Shown: positions 41,130 through 46,470 of the stretch, one piece after another | How the letters are laid out: each line of letters starts with the position of its first letter | Position numbering within the stretch: position 1 is the first letter of the stretch | Assembly (NCBI GenBank): GCA_913047775.1 | Contig: CAJWUE010000003.1 | Location: forward strand, 1 to 46,470 | Origin: an uncultured Rhodobiaceae bacterium | Lineage (GTDB): Bacteria > Pseudomonadota > Alphaproteobacteria > MED-G09 | Direction of reading: 5' to 3' | Length of the DNA stretch: 46,470 bases | The notes under the pieces: model-generated | Database searches by the model: none | Told to the model about the DNA's origin: nothing | Seen by the model: only the letters and a program-made list of their open reading frames with translations | Made by a program: the position numbers and the translations under genes

Positions 41130-41827
41130 GAAATGCTCAAAATAATTTCTTTAGTCGTTTCTAATGGATTTTTTGCTTGCGTTATGGGTCTACCTATCAC
41201 AAGGAAATTTGCCCCAAGATCAAGAGCCTCCCTTGGTGTCATAACTCTCTTCTGGTCATCCCTATCCACACCTATTGGCCTGATACCAGGTACAATAATG
41301 GTAAAATTATCGCCACAAGATTCCCTTATAGTTGATATTTCTTTTGATGAACATACGACTCCATTTAACCCAGATTTCTTAGCTAATAATGATAATCTTT
41401 TTACTCCTTCATTAACTCCATCAGTTATTCCAATATCATTTAGATCAGAATTGTCCATACTTGTAAGAATAGTCACGGCTAGCAACTTTGTAGAACAATT
41501 ATTGTCTAGGATTACTTGAGCTGCTACTTTCATCATTTCTTCTCCCCCCAATGCATGAACATTCAGTATTGTAGGTTCGAGATCAATTAATGTTTCTATA
41601 CTCTTCTTTACTGTTATTGGTATATCGTGAAGTTTTAAATCTAAAAAAATAGGGATATTAAGATTTTTTATTTTTCTTACTCCTTCGGGGCCATAAGAAT
41701 GAAAGTACTCTAGGCCCAATTTAACTGCGCCTATATTTTCCTTTAACTCATTAACTAAATCAAATGCCTCGTTCTCTGAATTTGTATCAATTGCGAGAAT
41801 AATGGGGTTTGAAAACACCTGTGTCAT
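41126..41827 (-). CDS. pyrF: Orotidine-5'-phosphate decarboxylase
   Basis: LAID, VKLGLE, FLDLKLHDIP.T, VPGIR, DDQKR, VIGRPI. Confidence 0.97.
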   Translation of the reverse strand: MTQVFSNPIILAIDTNSENEAFDLVNELKENIGAVKLGLEYFHSYGPEGVRKIKNLNIPIFLDLKLHDIPITVKKSIETLIDLEPTILNVHALGGEEMMKVAAQVILDNNCSTKLLAVTILTSMDNSDLNDIGITDGVNEGVKRLSLLAKKSGLNGVVCSSKEISTIRESCGDNFTIIVPGIRPIGVDRDDQKRVMTPREALDLGANFLVIGRPITQAKNPLETTKEIILSIS

Positions 41828-41846
41828 AGTATCTTTAAGAATACCT

Positions 41847-42131
41847 TCAAGGTTTGAAATTTAATCTGTCTCTTAATCCTTTACCAGACTTAAACATTGC
41901 TACTTTTTTTGCAGGGACATGTACACTCTCACCTGTTTTTGGATTGCGACCATTTTTTGACTTCCTGTGTCGGACAGAAAAAGAGCCAAAACCCCTTATT
42001 TCAACTCTATCTTCTGATGCCAAAGATGCTTTAATATTCTCTATTATTAACGATGTTATTTTCTCGATATCTCTTTGAATAAGATGAGGATTTTTTTGTA
42101 AAAGTCTTTTGACAAGTTGAGATTTAATCAT
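41847..42131 (-). CDS. ihfB: Integration host factor beta
   Basis: MIKSQL, RVEIRGFGSF, GRNPKTGE; downstream of rpsA. Confidence 0.95.
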   Translation of the reverse strand: MIKSQLVKRLLQKNPHLIQRDIEKITSLIIENIKASLASEDRVEIRGFGSFSVRHRKSKNGRNPKTGESVHVPAKKVAMFKSGKGLRDRLNFKP

Positions 42132-43875
42132 TTAGATCTTCCGAATCTTTGCTCTCACTATCATCTACCAAAGAATCACTTTTATCAAGAGCTTCTCCGA
42201 GAATATCCCCTAAAGAGGCACCTGAATCTTTTGATCCGTATTGTTCAATAGCTTCTTTCTCGTCAGATATCTGCAAGGCCTTAATAGACAGGTTTATTTT
42301 ACGCGATTTTTTATCAAATCTAATTACTTTTGCATCAACTTTCTGTCCAATTTCAAATCTCTCAGGATTCTGTTCTGATTTATCCATTGAAAGATCGGAT
42401 CTTTTTATAAAAGCAGGAAAATCTGTCCCTATATTCACTTCAATTCCACTCTTGAGGGCATTGGAAACTGTACAAGTTAAAACATCGCCCTTCTTTGTTC
42501 TGTCCAAAGAAGACAAGGGATCATCCGACAACTGTTTTATACCAAGAGATATTCTTTCTTTTTCTATATCAAAATCCAATATCTTTGCTTCGATCTCCTG
42601 ACCGACTTTATATTCTTTTATTGCTATATTTCCTTCAACCTTCCAATCAATATCCGACAAGTGCACTAATCCGTCCAAACCTTCATCAACTTGAACAAAA
42701 ATTCCGAAATCAGCTATGTTTTGAATCTGGCCTTTCACCAAATTACCAACAGGATTTTTTTGGGCAAAATTCTCCCAAGGATTATCAAAACATTGTTTAA
42801 TTCCCAAAGAAAGTCTCTTTTTTTCTGAATCAATTTCTAATACCATAACTTGAACTTCATCACCAATATTTACATATTTACTAGGTTTTTCTATTTTGGA
42901 AACCCAACTCATTTCTGAAACATGAACAAGCCCTTCTAATCCACCCTCTAACTCTACAAAGGCTCCATAATCAGCCATGTTGGTCACTTGTCCATTATAT
43001 TTCTTACCAACCTCATACTTTTTATTAACATCAACCCATGGATCATCTTGCAATTGCTTCATGCCTAAGGATACCCTTTGATCCTCTCTAGAAAGCTTTG
43101 TAATTAAAACCTTTACCTTTTCTCCTATACTTATAATCTCGGCAGGATTGTTTATCCTCTTCCAAGAAATATCTGTTACATGAAGAAGGCCATCTATTCC
43201 GCCTAAATCTATAAAAGCACCATAATCTGTTATATTTTTTACTATCCCCTCAATCTCTTGACCCTCTGAAAGGCTTTCTAATACTTCAGATTTACTAACG
43301 TTTGAACTATCGGTTAGAACAGATTTTCTTGAGACCACAATGTTTCCACGCCTCTTATCCATTTTCAATATATGGAAAGATTGAGACATATACATTAATG
43401 GTCTTATATCCCTTATAGGTTTAACATCAACTTGGCTTCCTGGAAGAAAAGCCTGGGTTCCATCAATATCTACAGTGAATCCGCCTCTTACTTTTCCAGT
43501 AATTTCTCCTTGGACAACAACATTTTCTTTTTGACATTCCTGAAGTTTAAACCAATTCTCTTCTTTCTTAGCCTTATCTCTTGATAGAACAGCATCCCCA
43601 AGTGCATTTTCTATTCTTTCTAAATATACCTCTACCTGATCTCCAATTTTAAGACTCGAATCCCTAATCTCTGATTTGAACTCATCAATAGAAACTCGAC
43701 CTTCCGTCTTCATACCAAAATCAATAATAACTAAATCTGACTCAATCGAAACTATTGTCCCTAAGATAACCTTTCCTTCTTGAATGAAACTATTAGAAAG
43801 ACTTTCTTCTAAAAGCTCAGAAAACCTTTCCGATGAAATCTCTGGAGATTTTTCAGTTAAATTCGACAACACCAA
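42124..43875 (-). CDS. rpsA: 30S ribosomal protein S1
   Basis: Six S1 repeats (AFLPGSQVD, DYGAFIDLGGIDGLLH, EGLVHVSEMSW), C-terminal GASLGDIL. Start is TTG or GTG, uncertain by a few codons. Confidence 0.97.
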   Translation of the reverse strand: MVLSNLTEKSPEISSERFSELLEESLSNSFIQEGKVILGTIVSIESDLVIIDFGMKTEGRVSIDEFKSEIRDSSLKIGDQVEVYLERIENALGDAVLSRDKAKKEENWFKLQECQKENVVVQGEITGKVRGGFTVDIDGTQAFLPGSQVDVKPIRDIRPLMYMSQSFHILKMDKRRGNIVVSRKSVLTDSSNVSKSEVLESLSEGQEIEGIVKNITDYGAFIDLGGIDGLLHVTDISWKRINNPAEIISIGEKVKVLITKLSREDQRVSLGMKQLQDDPWVDVNKKYEVGKKYNGQVTNMADYGAFVELEGGLEGLVHVSEMSWVSKIEKPSKYVNIGDEVQVMVLEIDSEKKRLSLGIKQCFDNPWENFAQKNPVGNLVKGQIQNIADFGIFVQVDEGLDGLVHLSDIDWKVEGNIAIKEYKVGQEIEAKILDFDIEKERISLGIKQLSDDPLSSLDRTKKGDVLTCTVSNALKSGIEVNIGTDFPAFIKRSDLSMDKSEQNPERFEIGQKVDAKVIRFDKKSRKINLSIKALQISDEKEAIEQYGSKDSGASLGDILGEALDKSDSLVDDSESKDSEDLND

Positions 43876-43879
43876 CCCT

Positions 43880-44530
43880 TTACTTTCTTAAATTTTCAAT
43901 AACCTTATCAATTTCTAAACAAACTTTTTCCATCACCCTATCAATACTCATATTAGATGTATCCAAAATTAAGGCTCCCTTAGCTATCTTTAAAGGAGCA
44001 ATGCTCCTTTCCTTATCTCTTTGATCCCTTTTTTGCAATTCTTTTATTATAAGTTTTTTATCTATTTTTAATTCTTTCTCTATAAATTCATTATGCCTTC
44101 GACTAGCCCTCTCATCTAATGAAGCTGTTACAAATAATTTAATCTCTGCATTTGGAAAAATTACTGTCCCTATATCTCTTCCATCAACCACTATTCCGTT
44201 CTTTTTTTCATTAATTTTTTTAAAATCTCTTTGTAATTTCTTAAGAGATTGTCTCACCCCTGAAATTGAAGACACTATAGACGCAGCCTCATCAACTTCT
44301 CTATTTCTAATTTTTTTTTCGTCAATTGCTTGTGGGATTAGGTTTTTTGCAACTTCTAAAGCTACCTTCTCATCTATTTTTTTCTTTCCAATCTCCAATA
44401 CACTTGCTGCAACTCCTCTATATAAAGAACCAGAATCTAAGTGTGGAAAATCATATTTTTTTGAAATATTTCTCGCTATAGTGCCTTTCCCTGAACCTGC
44501 AGGCCCATCAATTGCCACTACAATGGTCAT
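43880..44530 (-). CDS. cmk: Cytidylate kinase
   Basis: AIDGPAGSGKGT, LDSGSLYR, DGRDIGTV, RD.RD..R...PL. Confidence 0.96.
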   Translation of the reverse strand: MTIVVAIDGPAGSGKGTIARNISKKYDFPHLDSGSLYRGVAASVLEIGKKKIDEKVALEVAKNLIPQAIDEKKIRNREVDEAASIVSSISGVRQSLKKLQRDFKKINEKKNGIVVDGRDIGTVIFPNAEIKLFVTASLDERASRRHNEFIEKELKIDKKLIIKELQKRDQRDKERSIAPLKIAKGALILDTSNMSIDRVMEKVCLEIDKVIENLRK

Positions 44531-45843
44531 GAAGACGATCCAATTTTTGCCCCTATTTTTTGCATTATTTTAATAAAGTTAGGGAAGCTTGTATTGATTA
44601 TTTCAGGATTGTCTATTTCTATAGGATTTTTACAAACTAGCCCCATAATAAGAGAAGACATCGCCATTCTATGGTCTAAATTAGTTTCGATAAATGACCC
44701 ACCTTTTTTTTCTGAGTCTTGACCAAAAATAATTAAATCATCACCCTCCAAATTGAAATCCACTTTGCATTTAGAAAGTAGATCAATGATACCATCCAAT
44801 CTATTGCTTTCTTTAAATCGCAATTCTGATAATCCATTCATCCTTGTTTTCCCTTGGGCTTGAGATGCTGCAACTGCAAGGATAGGATAATCATCTATCA
44901 AAATCGGAGCAACTTCTTCGGAAATTTCAATACCTACCAGTTTGCTAGTTTCTACTTTAATATCATAAACCTCCTCTCCACAAAGAGACTTTTTGTTTAA
45001 GAAAGAAATTTTTGCTCCCATTTGCTTTAGGATATTAAATATTGCATCGCGAGTTGGATTTATTAATACACTTTTGACAACTAAACTTGAATTATCGCAA
45101 ATAATACTTGCAACAATAGGGTAAGCGGCAGAAGAAGGATCTCCTGGTACTTCTAATTTAGTTGATATTAAATCTGTTTCGCCATTAATAAGAATTTTTT
45201 TTCCTTGGCTTGTTTCTTTTATATCAACGGAACAGCCAAAAATTTCCAATAATCTTTCTGTGTGATCTCTTGTATTAAATTTATCAATTACTTCAGTTGT
45301 CCCTGGAGTATTTAGTCCAGCCAGTAAAATGGCCGACTTAACCTGTGCGGAAGGTAATTCTAGTTTATAGCTAATTGGTATGGGTAATTTACTTCCCTTA
45401 ATAATAACCGGCAAATAATTATCTTCGCGACTGGATACTTCGGAGCCAAAAAGCTTAAGAGGCTCTAAAATCCTCTGCATCGGCCTTTTAGAGAGTGATT
45501 CATCGCCAGTAAAAATAGCAGAAATTGGATGAGTAGCAACCAGACCCATTATTAATCTAGCGGATGTACCAGAATTACCAAAATCTAAAGGTTGTGAAGG
45601 TTCTAGAATTCCTCCTACCCCGACACCATTTATCTTACAGGTTTCATTACCTTTAAAATTTATTTCGGCGCCAAATAATCTCATGGCCTCAATGGTCTTC
45701 ATAACGTCATCGCTTTTGAGCAAACCTTTGATAACAGTTTGGCCTAAAGCTAAAGATGCCAGTATTACACTCCTATGGGAAATAGATTTATCCCCTGGTA
45801 TAGTTATTTCGCCTTTTAAATTTTTACTTTTCATAGATTGCAT
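44527..45843 (-). CDS. aroA: EPSP synthase (class II)
   Basis: PGDKSISHR, DFGNSGT, SAQVKSA, RDHTE, ELRFKESNR, DHRMAMS. Confidence 0.97.
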   Translation of the reverse strand: MQSMKSKNLKGEITIPGDKSISHRSVILASLALGQTVIKGLLKSDDVMKTIEAMRLFGAEINFKGNETCKINGVGVGGILEPSQPLDFGNSGTSARLIMGLVATHPISAIFTGDESLSKRPMQRILEPLKLFGSEVSSREDNYLPVIIKGSKLPIPISYKLELPSAQVKSAILLAGLNTPGTTEVIDKFNTRDHTERLLEIFGCSVDIKETSQGKKILINGETDLISTKLEVPGDPSSAAYPIVASIICDNSSLVVKSVLINPTRDAIFNILKQMGAKISFLNKKSLCGEEVYDIKVETSKLVGIEISEEVAPILIDDYPILAVAASQAQGKTRMNGLSELRFKESNRLDGIIDLLSKCKVDFNLEGDDLIIFGQDSEKKGGSFIETNLDHRMAMSSLIMGLVCKNPIEIDNPEIINTSFPNFIKIMQKIGAKIGSSS

Positions 45844-45974
45844 TTGTAAAACCTACTTCATAAAATATTATAATATTATTTCTATAACGTTTATCAGACC
45901 CGAAACTAATAAAAAAGATTTTTTGGTTTTGACAGTAACGTTTCTTCATGCAATTGAGAATTTATTATTTTTTA

Positions 45975-46412
45975 ATGGGGAAGAAGTTGAATAAAGAAGA
46001 ACTCGGTAATAAGGTACTTTGTCCAGAGTGTGAAACAAAATTTTATGACTTAGGCAAGACTCCTATTGTTTGTCCAAGTTGTGAATTCAGTTTTAGCATA
46101 AACAATAAACCTGAAGAAAAAACTGATGAAGACCAAACTGCAGTTATAGAAGCAGTTAAATCAGAAGAAGTCGTATCTAAAGAAGAAATCGTATCTCAAG
46201 AAGAAGTCGAAAAGGATTCTGAAAAAACTAATGAAGATGAAACTTTTGTTGAAGATGAGGTCTTACCAGAAATTGATGGAGAAGATTTAGGTGCCTCCAA
46301 AGATGATGACGAAACAGAGGAAGAGAACATTGAGGGTCTGGAAGAATTTGATCTTGAAGACGATATTGACGAAAGCATTGATGACAACATTGATGGTGAA
46401 GAGACATTTTAA
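45975..46412 (+). CDS. TIGR02300 / FYDLN-acid family protein
   Basis: ELG.K..CPECETKFYDL.K.PIVCPSC zinc ribbon with an acidic tail; typical position between aroA and tRNA-Ala. Start placed at ATG 45975. Confidence 0.88.
   Translation: MGKKLNKEELGNKVLCPECETKFYDLGKTPIVCPSCEFSFSINNKPEEKTDEDQTAVIEAVKSEEVVSKEEIVSQEEVEKDSEKTNEDETFVEDEVLPEIDGEDLGASKDDDETEEENIEGLEEFDLEDDIDESIDDNIDGEETF
46164..46209 (+). repeat. In-frame 18-nt tandem repeat (about 2.5 copies)
   Basis: gaagaagtcgtatctaaa / gaagaaatcgtatctcaa / gaagaagtcg, encoding EEVVSK EEIVSQ EEV. Confidence 0.8.
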
Positions 46413-46415
46413 AAG

Positions 46416-46470
<55 letters not shown>

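Noticed and set aside
232-46390. Many 60-150 aa antisense or alternate-frame ORFs in the track (e.g. 1403-1771, 29401-29847, 34160-34579, 42149-42601)
   Set aside because: They overlap well-supported genes and have the Ser/Phe/Ile-rich composition of shadow frames of AT-rich Lys/Glu-rich genes, with no recognisable motifs.

Overview
AT-rich, very gene-dense core chromosome segment of a streamlined alphaproteobacterium, probably marine (inferred from composition, gene order and protein families). It holds about 40 CDS and two tRNAs; I see no mobile element, prophage or CRISPR. Conserved alphaproteobacterial blocks are infC-rpmI-rplT-pheST-lepA-tRNA-Ser, regBA, polA, pckA/chvI-chvG-manX-hpr-ahcY, tsaE..trxA, and aroA-cmk-rpsA-ihfB-pyrF-trpFBA-accD-folC. 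A catabolic/transport stretch lies between them at about 9.4-22.6 kb. The most notable points are departures from canonical forms. (1) hprK is missing from its usual site and HPr/NPr has Glu at the regulatory Ser46 position, a natural phosphomimic. (2) An exonuclease I-like gene sits where amgK-murU-addB-addA normally lie. (3) RegB has Gln in place of the catalytic H+1 Glu. (4) An unannotated 42-aa membrane microprotein sits inside a cysK-TIGR03084-CinA operon. (5) A P450-type ferredoxin/reductase pair has no oxygenase nearby. (6) rpmI has a structured leader and infC appears to start at ATA. All assignments come from reading motifs by eye; no database searches were run.
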